A DNA stretch of 64,000 nt from Albugo candida (Eukaryota). Of this stretch, positions 35,494 through 46,568 are shown piece after piece. The stretch lies in assembly GCA_040437565.1 (NCBI GenBank), contig JBDOQK010000026.1:124001-188000 (forward strand), written 5' to 3'. The position numbers were made by a program, and so were the translations under genes. The notes under the pieces are model-generated. The model was given only the letters and a program-made list of their open reading frames with translations, was not told the origin of the DNA and searched no databases. Position 1 is the first letter of the stretch, and each line of letters opens with the position of its first letter.

Positions 35494-38142
35494 CTCCTCC
35501 ATGGGGGACCGCAGTCATTTACCTCCCTCTGAACACCTTCATTCATTTTCCATCAGGCCAGTCAAGGTTCTCAGCTCCTCCAAGCGTGGTGCCGCGAGTG
35601 CTTTCGTCATTAAGTGCACAGGCACACTACGACTTTCGAGGTATCAGAAGTTACGAATTTAATTTGCACGTCAACATGCTTCGACTTCGCTGACGAACCA
35701 TCTCCTCCTAGCTGCTTCAGTGCCGCCTGATTATCCACATACAGAATCATAGGTTCTTTGCAATTCATACCAACCTCACGAAGCAATTCGCGTATTCCAA
35801 TCATTTGTACGACCACAACAGAGGCCGCGGTAAACTCTGCTTACATAGTGGATAGTGACACACCGCCTTGTTTTTCACTGGCAATCCATCAACAGTGATC
35901 TAACCACCCGTTACCGATTTCTATCCGTTCTGTCTGCAGCAAAATCAGCATCGCTGTAACCGACAATTTGCACTTCATCACATTCAGTACTTTCGCCAAT
36001 CATTTTCAGCCGCATTTTTTTCGTACCTTGTAGATATATCGCAACTCTTTTAGCCAGTTTGTAATCCCCCAGGTTGGTGGATGACTTTTTGTCTGAAGAC
36101 TCGGTGCACCGCGTAAGATATATCCGGTCTGCTGCGTCTTGAAAACCAGAGCAAGCTTCCCACCTGGGACTGAAAGCTCTTAATAGTGGCAGTACCGTCC
36201 CGGTTTTTTCCTGGTAATTTCACATCCTCCTCTTCACAGTTGTTGACTTCGTCGCTGATGGGAGTACGAACGCCGCATGACTCCTTCAAACCATTATCCC
36301 GTAGCATTACGAATAGAAACTTCTTGGTCAATGTTGTACCCATCATCACCGTCATAACTTATGCGCATTCCCAAAAACTTGTGGACGATGCCTAGATCCT
36401 TGATAGCCAGTTCCTGAAGTCCCAAAAAAATACATACGAGATGTAACTTTGTTGCCGTCACAAGAAGATCGTCAACGTATACTCCCACAACTACGACAAT
36501 TTCATTCGTGCGTTTCCAATACACACACGTGTCCGTAAGGCACTGTGTGAAATTCAAATTCTCCACTTTCTTGTGTAGCAGCTCGCTCCACAAACGTCCT
36601 GCTTGTTTAAGTCCATACAGCGCCTTATGCAATTCCTACGCGAGGTCGTTTGCTTTGGCCGCACGCAGGCTTTCCACTAGTTCACGTTTTATCTTCATAA
36701 CTTGGGGTATGCGAAGAAAAAATTTAAATCGGGTTCTTTCTTTGCTTTCACATACGCATTCGATGTGTCTCCGTGCTTTGCTGGTGCACGCCATTTTCTA
36801 GCCAGAGCAAGTATGAGCTTAACACTGGACATTTCCATGACCGCAGCAATAGTGATGTTGTAATCACGGCCAAAAACTTCTTCGTTTTCACAGGTTACCA
36901 GCCTGGCCTTGTAACGCTCCAGGTCACCGTTTGCATCTTTGTTGGTTTTATAAACCCACTTGGAATGAAGACTGTGAGCATCCTTCGCCAATCGTACCAC
37001 ATTCCAGACATCGTTTTCTTCTAGCGCTTGAAGTTCTTCATCCATGGCCTTTCCCACCCACTTTTTTGCGTACTGCGAATCGCTACATCGTAGTTTATTG
37101 GGTCCGACTCATGTACGGTGTACACAACCCCCGCTGTTGTCTCTTCGATAGACCCCTCTTGAGAATTTAACCCATTTTCCCAATGTGCTGATCGGTTCAC
37201 CGGCCTTTCTCGAGTCCAGTTAGATTTTTCTTTGTTTCGTCTCGCTCGCGCCCGATTTCTGTAGCATTTTCTTTGTCTTGTGCAAAACTTTGTTAAATTT
37301 GATCATTCTGTTCAGCATTCAAACTTCCGATGTTCTTGACGTGTTGTGTCGTTACAACAACTCGTTTCTTCTGTAAGTAGATGTGATATCCCTTTGTGGA
37401 TTCACCAATACCAATGATTAATCTGCGTTGACCCCTCTCCGCGAAGTTTTTCTTTTTTAGATCTTGGAAGGCCGTACACGGAGAGCCAAAACTCACAATC
37501 ACACCAATAGTGGGTGCTTTCTTCGTCAGCAATGGTAACGGAGAAACTTTGTCAGTATAAGCGTTTGTGGGTGAGCGGTTGAGCACGTAAGCCGCATAAT
37601 GAACCGCATCACCCCAAAAAGTCAACGGCAGTCCACCGGAGAATATCATATCATGCATCTGGCCATGTTCATGATCGTGCGATGCATTCCTTCAGCCTTA
37701 CCATTACTCGCTTGATTTTCGGCCTCGCTTCGCTGTCGAGCCACGCCTTGGTTCTTGCAGAACAAGTCAATATTTTCATACTCTCCACCCGAATCGGTGC
37801 GTAGGATGTGAATCCTGCAATCGAATCATTTTTCGAAATACACCAGGAATTGTTCGAATTGTTTTGGTGCCACATCCTTCGTCTTGAACCGATCTCTAGG
37901 AGTCATTGGTCCCTTCGAGTCAGAGCTCACGACTCAGCCAATTCGCGATCGGTGAGTGCTCACCCGACTCTTATTTCGATTGACGGTTCTTCGGCTGCTT
38001 TCTTTGGGCACATATGATGCAATTCGGACGTCTGCGATCCGTTAATCCAATTCCTGATGCAGAGTCCTTTGCCAGTCTCTCAATGGTGTCGTAATTTATA
38101 TGTCCAAGTCGTCGATTTTCATCGAAGACTTGGACATATAAA
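35247..38142 (-). mobile_element. Degenerate Ty1/Copia LTR retrotransposon (integrase-RT-RNase H), frameshifted
   Basis: HRRLGH/CIICAQ zinc-finger region, integrase (FWGDAVHYAAYVLNRSPT), RT (KWVYK...RYKARLV, KALYGLKQAGRLW, VYVDDLLV), RNase H (VDNQAAL...KHVDV); INT lies upstream of RT as in Copia. Confidence 0.92.
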
Positions 38143-38242
38143 NNNNNNNNNNNNNNNNNNNNNNNNNNNNNNNNNNNNNNNNNNNNNNNNNNNNNNNNNN
38201 NNNNNNNNNNNNNNNNNNNNNNNNNNNNNNNNNNNNNNNNNN

Positions 38243-38306
38243 CTTTTTTTTTCTAAATTTTTAAATAAATATCGTTGTTTTATATTTTGTTTTCTTTTTT
38301 TTGCAT
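38243..38306 (-). pseudogene. rps14: Mitochondrial-type rps14 5' fragment
   Basis: Very AT-rich; reads MQKK(R)KQNIKQRYLFKNLEKK if one A is added in a homopolymer; lies directly downstream of trnA as in oomycete mtDNA. Confidence 0.55.
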
Positions 38307-38317
38307 TTTAAAATACA

Positions 38318-38390
38318 TGGAGATAATAGGATTTGAACCTATACTATATATTTGCAAAACATATTTTCTACCTAATTAAAATATACCCCC
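38318..38390 (-). tRNA. trnA: tRNA-Ala(UGC), mitochondrial type (NUMT or chimeric contig)
   Basis: 73 nt; acceptor stem GGGGGTA/TATCTCC with the G3:U70 Ala identity pair, TGC anticodon, GTTCAAAT T-loop; very AT-rich. Confidence 0.85.
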
Positions 38391-38391
38391 A

Positions 38392-38450
38392 TAAATGTAT
38401 TGGGATTCGAACCCCAAGACCATTGGATTAAAAGTCCAGTGCTCTAACCT
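38392..38450 (-). tRNA. trnK: 5'-truncated tRNA-Lys(UUU), mitochondrial type
   Basis: AGGTTAGAGCA-CTGGA-CTTTTAA-TCCAA...GGGGTTCGAATCCC; the 5' acceptor strand is missing at the 38450 junction. Confidence 0.75.
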
Positions 38451-39000
38451 AGTAGCGACCGTGGTACCATTGAGTTAAATAACATGTTCTACATGTGGAC
38501 GAAGGTAGCTTCCCAAAGGATCGATCGTCATAAGAAGTAATATTGAGAGAGGATCGCCTAGTTTGAATCCAAGTTGTGGGGTAATGGACGGTGTGAATTT
38601 CCTTNNNNNNNNNNNNNNNNNNNNNNNNNNNNNNNNNNNNNNNNNNNNNNNNNNNNNNNNNNNNNNNNNNNNNNNNNNNNNNNNNNNNNNNNNNNNNNNN
38701 NNNNAGTAGCGACCGTGGTACCATTGAGTTAAATAACATGTTCTACATGTGGACGAAGGTAGCTTCCCAAAGGATCGATCGTCATAAGAAGTAATATTGA
38801 GAGAGGATCGCCTAGTTTGAATCCAAGTTGTGGGGTAATGGACGGTGTGAATTTCCTTTAAACACCAACTTCACCTTCGTGTTGGTGTACAGAACACGAG
38901 ACCAGAGAATTCAAACTCTTCCAGCGCCTAATTTTTGCTAAACACGAAACATGTACGTCCAATTGACTCGACCACAACCTTTCTCAACGTCGTGCCTGGA
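38451..39000 (-). mobile_element. Degenerate non-LTR (L1-like) reverse transcriptase fragment
   Basis: Minus strand reads DVEKGCGRVNWTYMFRV*QKLG...W..VLYTNT and GFKLGDPLSILLLMTIDPLGSYLR, matching LINE RT motifs DxEKAxDxVxW and GxxQGDPLS; contains in-frame stops. Confidence 0.7.
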
Positions 39001-39271
39001 TCTTAACAAGGAAAACTCAGTCTTGGATAAAAACCCTTTGATAATAAATGCACTACGTAGTAAAGATAAGGAAGCATACAATTATCCGGCCCTTGTCCCA
39101 TAGTCCTACGATTGTGCTTAACATGGTTACACATTCCCCGTCTTTTCGTTTGGCACTTCTCCATTTTATCANNNNNNNNNNNNNNNNNNNNNNNNNNNNN
39201 NNNNNNNNNNNNNNNNNNNNNNNNNNNNNNNNNNNNNNNNNNNNNNNNNNNNNNNNNNNNNNNNNNNNNNN

Positions 39272-42071
39272 GCTGCTAATTATGCCAGCCAATCAGGTCA
39301 CTTGTATACTTTTATACACAAGCTCATTTTCATACGCTGTTTTTGTTTGTATTGTTTTAGCGTAGGTACGTTTTTCCCCCTGAAATCTATATATGGTAGG
39401 TTAATAGTGGATACGCTGAGGAGTTGGATGTTAGGAAGGTGGCTATGTTAGACTTTGGAGGAAAGAGGACAGTAGTAGAAGCGATTATATTAAGCCTTTT
39501 TTTCTCATTGGCCGTGTGCTCTCACAACCAGCCATGCTAAACCTAATCTGAAAGTGGGCGACCGATGGCGGTTTTGAACAACGGTCCACCCGGAACCGAA
39601 ATCAACAGGCTGTTGCAGTTGAGAATCTTCGATGGGATGATGTTCAACTATTGCGAGATATTGACTTCGGCTCTGTGCATTGACGGGGCACGCTGCAGAT
39701 GAACGTCGGTGTCCCGCTTGATGACAAGCACCGCACGTCGGCGCCTTCCTCTTCCTGGGAGGCATTCCCTCCACGTATTCAATTTGAGAAGTTTCTCGTC
39801 GCGTCGAGGTTTTGTTGCTCGTTCCGCTTGGTCTTCCTCTCGTTGGAGCAACCTCGTCTCTTCGAGGACTTGTGGTGTTTGCATATTTAAAAAGCGTTAG
39901 TACCCATTAAAATATCAAAAGAAAAAAAATAATCGCCCAGAAATACCTGTGATATCTCTTCCAGATCGTCCAAGACTACCTCTTTCTGGTGTCGAGGTAG
40001 GCTGCTGAAATTTTCGCGCAATTTCAAAAGGACTTGCAAAGCATCATCTGGGTGGCCTACAACTGGAGGTCGTACTGAAGGGAGTTGATGAAGGTGCCAA
40101 TGAACATCAAAATCGCTCAATTCAAGCCTCCCTCCCGCTTGCGATGATCTGCCGCAACTGATGCTCGCAAGGTATCCCACAGAGGGTAGAAAAAGTAAAA
40201 GAGCATGGCTTCGCGCTGGTTGCCAATGAACATCGAGCTTTTTCCAGCTGTCATTGCGAAACTTAAGTGATTGGAAATAACACTTAGGAAGAAAGTAATA
40301 ATACAAACTAACCTGTTCAAAGACTTTCCGAAGGGTGTAATATGAGATCTTCCGGTTGATATGTTGAAAAATGTCACCGCGTGGGGTTGGCTGCGCGAAA
40401 GGTATGATTTTCATTTGCTGCGTCGCCACTTCTGTGATGAATTCGATCTAAAAGCTTCTTGTCGACTAAACTATCCACTCGCAATACCCAAACAGATTTT
40501 CCATGATGCTTGCGATGAACTCTTTCACGACATTGTGGGCACCTTCTCCGCGTGAAGTGACTGTGTGACCGAAGTGCCGAATCGAATTCGTCCATGCTCG
40601 AACGAATTTCTCCTTGTGGATATCGATCCACGTCTTGGCTAGATACTCCACAGATTCCGTGTAGCGTTCTGTCCATATGAGCTGGAACATTTCCCAATTT
40701 TCATTGAACTCCGCGATCGTGTTCGAGTGGACCAGCCGAACAACAAGGAATACCTTAGAATATGAATGAAAATTACTGATCACAAACAACAAATGGCAAG
40801 TTACCTATCTCCAATCCTTCGAAAATGCTTTCCACTCATCATTCTTTCCAGTAAAATGGATCTTGCATTTGGCGACGATTTTTTTCTCAATATGCCAAAT
40901 GCAAAGCAGGATAGTTGCCAAATGAAAAGTTCTCCGCAAAGCGTTCATGAGAGCAAGCTCTCGGTCAATAACGAATACTTTCGGTTGATGGTCGGCGTGA
41001 AAAAGCCGTCGTAAAAAGTTGATGGCGGTAACATAGGAGTCAGCATTCTCGTTCTTCATGAAAACGAAGGCCGCCGAAAACGTGGAATTTAGTATGGTAA
41101 TTCCAACAACGTGGAGCAAAAAAAATCTCGTCTTGCTTGCTTTATAGGTGCAATCTAGCAACAAGATGTCATAGTTCTTCCTTAAGAGTTCCGCATTCTT
41201 TGGATGAGAGAAGAACAAATGTGTGGGTGCACCCATCGGAATCTTTCTCGATATTTATTTCGAACCCAAAGTCCGTGAAGGTTTCGAACAGCATATCCAT
41301 TGAAGTTCGTCCATCGAGTCTCCTGATTGCATTCTTTTGCTTCAAATTCCAGAGCTTTCGCTTAGTGAGTTGCAATTGCTGGCCTTGCTCTAGCATGATG
41401 GTTTGAACCTACCTAGCTTTCAAATCGGACTGACAGAGTCCAGCAATTTTTTCCTCTTGAGACTCCGAGATGCGAGTGTGAATGGGATGAGCGGTCCTGG
41501 CGGTGGAAGATTCGTGGTTATGCTCGTTGCATGTAATTGTAAAGGACCAGGTGCCGTCTGTAATTTGGAGAAGATCGTTAATGAGAACGTTGAATTCTCG
41601 GTGAACTCATTCGACCATGATGCGTGGCTTTTCCTTTCGACTCCTGCCCAACTCTTTTGAAAGGACAGTCAATGAGTGCACTGCCTTTCGCCTTCCGAAA
41701 CCTTTTTTCTTGGACAAGTCCGTGACGGTTTCGATCGACGCCTCCACGATCGCATTTGTAGTGAACAACTTGTCGTCCCTCTCGTTGCCTGTATGAGGAC
41801 TTGGTGACGATTCCATAGCCATTTGCAGCAGCTACCACATTCATATGTTCTTCCATGGTCTTCCGCGCGGTGAATTGCTTGTTCTGCTGCTTCTCCATGT
41901 CCGTGCCTGGTGAGAGTGTTGCGGATATCTAGAGAATGAGCTTGTGTATAAAAGTATACAAGTGACCTGATTGGCCGGCATAATTAGCAACAATTCAATT
42001 GTGTGAGCTGTGATTGGTTAAATTAAGTGTTTGTGGCCGTAGTAGTGTTGTCTGTGGCCATAGCGGCTCCC
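39272..42071 (-). mobile_element. Mutator-like element (MULE) with FAR1/MULE transposase pseudogene and long TIRs
   Basis: 39275-39326 is the reverse complement of about 41935-41987 (GCTAATTATGCC.GCCAATCAGGTCACTTGTATAC). The right TIR probably runs to GGCTCCC at 42071; the left outer TIR lies in the gap. Transposase motifs YKCDRGG..CPF, LLLDCTYK, VIDRELALMNAL..LLCIWHI, TSRGEGAH and CGACHQAGH are spread over several frames. Confidence 0.9.
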
Positions 42072-45049
42072 TTCATGTATATGACAGAAGTTCCTTCGTT
42101 CTTTAACTTCCTTTGGATCATCACGGGAGCTACTTCGTGCCGGAGATCATGGCCATAAATGTTTCGCGGTTATATATATCTGAGAAGCCTTTAACAATTC
42201 GGATACTTCACAGCAGTGCAAACAAACTTCGTTGTAGTTCTGCATGTCTGCGAAAGACAAATTGCACAACGAAGAAACAGCTATGTTGTGAGGGAAAGCT
42301 TTATAACGCCTTTTGTCACTTGGCACCACACGAAACGGACGGTTACTGTTTCGGTTGTACTCGATTATTGCTTGTCGTCGCTTTCCATCGTTGATATTAT
42401 AATGCGCAATGTGTATATCCATTCGTGTACATCCTTGATACATATTTTTCATATCCCATTCTGCGATATTACGGTACCGTATCTTACAGAGATGAAAAGG
42501 AAAACGTTTCGATCTTGAGAACGTTTCTTATTGTGTCTGCAATGGCATGGTAAAGACGAGTAAGCAAGGAATAATCATGGATCAAAACGACAGAATTGGA
42601 TCTTGAAGATTGTGCTGGGCGTATGAATTATCTGGTACCTACCTTACATTACAGGGATTGTTGTGTTTCGGTTTTGGGTTCACTCCACCTTGGATTTCAT
42701 CCAAGAAAGCTCGAATTGCCGCCAGATTCAATTCTCTTCGGAATGATCGTTGCGAAAACGAGCCACCGCGCCAAAATCTACGATCTTGCTACAAATGGTA
42801 GCGACTCCAGATAAGAAGTATCATGCTGATATGTGCAGGCTCTGTTTGCACTGCGTGACTTTGGAATGCTGCATTAGGGGAGATGAGTGGAATCATGAAA
42901 CTCAATGCGATACCTATCACGACATCTGTTGAGGAGATGATAATACGGGATAAATGGCTCTATTCCTCTTGTGATGCTGTTTGCGTAAATTTTTACGAAT
43001 AAGTAATCTGGTAATACACCAAGAATGTCTTGGAGATGCGCAAAAGTAAGGCGATGTAATGTTGCAAAATTGTACACAAATAAGGTCAATCACGATAATG
43101 AATCATAGCATGCTTTCGAAGCTATTTAATTGAGGTCCCAGGAGGCTTGGGCAACGCCATCAGTTCCCATCGTCTATTTTGGTGATTTCTGGGCTAGGTG
43201 CAATTTATATACGGGCTTTGTAAAATACCCTACGAATGCCCAACTTTCTCGACAGCTTTGTAATCATTGCATTTATGCGTCGATGATAGTGATCCGTGCA
43301 TCATTGAAAAGCGAAGACCTTAGTAATCTGAATGAATGTTCTGATCTTTAAGCTATCACGCAAATGTCTTCGCACTCGGACCCCAAGTAGTCGATATCAC
43401 TTTATTGAAAAGTAAAATTGCATGTATTCACCAAGGTTATGTTCTACAGTAATAGAGGCACAAGTCTATGTATCGAAAGTAGGTCTTCGAGAATTCAGGC
43501 GCCATTATGACATATTGGAATGAAGGGAGGAATGTGTAGTTTAATGTCAATCACGTAGAGAAAGATAGTCACCAAGGATGCGTTATCAGAAGTGATATTT
43601 TGGTCTTTCGCGGGAATGCATGCAGTAACATACCTTCAGTCTGGCTCAATCAGTAAATAAATATATCACTACTATGATACTGCGCATCTGAGATGAAGCT
43701 TGTAAGTCTCGAGCTGATGAAAGGCCAATGAGGCAACGTCAATGCTGTCCATTTAAGTCGTTTCCAATTCGAGCCTTTTCAAGTTATACGATGCAAGAGC
43801 GACAAAGAGAACCGCATAGTACCTCCTACCCGATCTTCTTCCATATTTGACGATTCAGCGTGGAAGCTTCGAGAAACTTCAGCAAGGATGTTCTTGGAGC
43901 TATTCGATTACCTCCTATAAATACTTTATCTCATCAAACTTGATCACTTACTCTCTTACATTGAATTGGAAGCCTCTTCTGCTTATTGAGCTTTCGAATC
44001 TAGCGCTCATATTAGACTGAGTGCATGCACAAGTATACTGAGTGGATCTTTTCCAGTCAATATTGCGTTGCTTTGAAGGGCACTGACCTGACCATAAGAG
44101 GATTGAAAGAGATCTGGGTCCTAACTGAGATGACCTGCTAATTGTATGGAGCCTACGATTCTTTTTTGGCTGGTGGAAGACGCGTCGCGGTTCAACAAAC
44201 GCAGAGTTTGATAAGCCGCATGACGTCTAGTGCAGCCGCTCACGAAACATTTTATTTCACAACATGGTGCACTGAAGATGGCCCACGAACTCTTTCACGC
44301 AAATCGACTTGCTGAAGTCGAGCATCGAGGCGACTCAAACTTTACTAAACAAACTCTAGCGCGTGAGCTTTCCTGTACATATCCACGGGACTTGACGCTG
44401 AGTTGAAGATTGTAAACACGAAGACAGCCTGTTGTGGAGTTGCAAATGTGACCATAGCAGCTTCACGGATAAACTGATAACATTGAGTAAGATTACACAT
44501 ATCACACGGCTCCAGTCGATCGCGTATGAGAGAAAAGAATGGGTTGCTTGGCAAGCACTTCATCATGGACGCGAACTTGCATTTACGACGCGTATCGGTA
44601 GCTTCATCGGAGGATCGACAAGAAAGAAAGCATGCGATGAAGCGAGCTCAAAATGATTCGGCAGGTAATCGATTTGCGCCTGATGATGCTATGATGATAA
44701 CTAATTACAAGTCACTCGCAATAAGGAAGAAGTATCTCACAAAGTCACGATACTGAGCTGTAACGAATCACGTTTTAACTTTTTAGAATAGAAGGAGAGA
44801 TAAATTGTTCGTTCTTGGTCGTCGAAGTTACTGATGGTGCGTATGGCTTTTGACGTACGGGATTCTCATCCCGAATGTAACTTAAATTTTGTCAAATGGG
44901 ATTTTTGATGGCGACTTTGTCGACGGTACAGAAGAAAGCTGAAGAGTACAGCTCATGAAGTCAGTTGAAGCACTTACTGACTGGCAGAGTGGTTTTGTTT
45001 CGACCATAGCTTTGAGCGATTTCATTGCGATACAAACGTTTCATTGCGT

Positions 45050-46549
45050 ATGCAAACTTTGACGTGTTATAATTCTTCGATTTTGGGTGCGTTGGGATGG
45101 ATCCACCGTCAGATTGAGAAAATACCCAAACATGGGGATTTATACATTCCTATCGATTCACAATTAAAGCGAGCCTATCAAATACTCATCCGGATGGAAA
45201 AACAGCAAATAACCCATACTTTAGCGCCAAAAGATCAAGAAATTGCTCAATGCGCCTATTTCAATTGCGTGCAACAATTCAAAACAGTCTTACTCCAGAT
45301 TCGTTCCTTATTAGACCGATATCGCGGCACTAAGACAAAAAATTACTTGCGTAGCGTTTTATGTCCAAGGAAAAAGCTTGAGGAAGAGACGGATGTGTTC
45401 CTTATCGAATTGAAAAAACTTTTTAAAAAAATAAGTATCGTGAATGAGTATTACCACGGTGAGGAATGCGTTCAATGTTCCTTCCGCAACGTTTACGGAG
45501 CACGTTTTTGCGGCTACTGTGACAAGCACCTAAATGAATTTCATCCACCAGAGCAAAATCAGATCGTTTCCATCGCTCAAGAAACCAATCTTACGAAGGA
45601 AAGTATTCAAGAATCTACAAGTCCAATCTTGTGGATGAGGACAAGACTCCAATTATTGCAAACATCCTTTCCTTCCGATCAAGGTCGATCGCGGTGGCCC
45701 ATACTCAAACAATTGCACTCTAGAATCCCTCATATGGCATTTGAGTTTGTAAAGGAGAATGGACTCTATATCTTCACAAAAATCATCCATCAGTTGGTGG
45801 ACGAAGATGCCATTTTCGCGCTAGAAATCTTACAATATATCATTTGTTCGAGCGATTACTGGATGGACGATCAAGTTTTGGTGGTACAAACGGTGATATG
45901 TATGTGTTTGGACCTCGGAATTCATCGTGAGAGAGCTCAAGAGCGGATTAAGGCCTTGGGAATGCTCCGCGCCGTTTTGGAAAGATGTGAGATCACCTTT
46001 CTCGTTTTCGAATCGATCATTCAAAATAATGGGGTTGATGCATTATTGCGTCTACTAAAGCATGAATGCGTCCAGGATGTGCGTCGTCAAGTATATGATA
46101 TTTTGTATCTAATGGCTTCCTTACCCTCGTCGATGAATCCAATCATTTCCGGAAAAGAGACGAAACATTTTGGAGTCATCGATGCAGAGCTTCCAGATGG
46201 AACATCATCTCTAAGTTTATTGCAGAAGCTACGAACTGGTGACGAGCAAGACAAGCTCGAAGCTTTAAGACTTCTCCAGCAGCATGCCCGTGCGATAGCG
46301 TACGATTTGATTGTTCTATACGCCGGAATCACGCAGCTACTCGATTGTATTCAATTAGAATCCGATAAGGTCCGAGTAAAAGCGGTGGCGGTTCTCCTCG
46401 CATTGAGTGGAAAAGACTCGTTTTACAGGGAAAAATTGCTCGCAGCCGATGCGATAGCTGTTGTACTGGATATGATCACGAGAAATGTGGCTCCTTCCAT
46501 GTATCGCGTGTGCCATGCTTTCGTACTTACGATGCTCAACATGTCCTGA
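45050..46549 (+). CDS. Armadillo-repeat protein with zinc ribbon and N-terminal helical domain
   Basis: About 500-aa ORF; CVQC-x10-CGYC ribbon; ARM-like IIQNNGVDALLRLLK, AGITQLLDCI...VRVKAVAVLLALS, LLAADAIAVVLDMI. Confidence 0.7.
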   Translation: MQTLTCYNSSILGALGWIHRQIEKIPKHGDLYIPIDSQLKRAYQILIRMEKQQITHTLAPKDQEIAQCAYFNCVQQFKTVLLQIRSLLDRYRGTKTKNYLRSVLCPRKKLEEETDVFLIELKKLFKKISIVNEYYHGEECVQCSFRNVYGARFCGYCDKHLNEFHPPEQNQIVSIAQETNLTKESIQESTSPILWMRTRLQLLQTSFPSDQGRSRWPILKQLHSRIPHMAFEFVKENGLYIFTKIIHQLVDEDAIFALEILQYIICSSDYWMDDQVLVVQTVICMCLDLGIHRERAQERIKALGMLRAVLERCEITFLVFESIIQNNGVDALLRLLKHECVQDVRRQVYDILYLMASLPSSMNPIISGKETKHFGVIDAELPDGTSSLSLLQKLRTGDEQDKLEALRLLQQHARAIAYDLIVLYAGITQLLDCIQLESDKVRVKAVAVLLALSGKDSFYREKLLAADAIAVVLDMITRNVAPSMYRVCHAFVLTMLNMS

Positions 46550-46568
46550 CAATTATATGGTGTCAGTC

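Noticed and set aside
42147-42932. Cys-containing ORFs as CHXC/CCG or RXLR effectors
   Set aside because: No signal peptide followed by a proper motif is visible.
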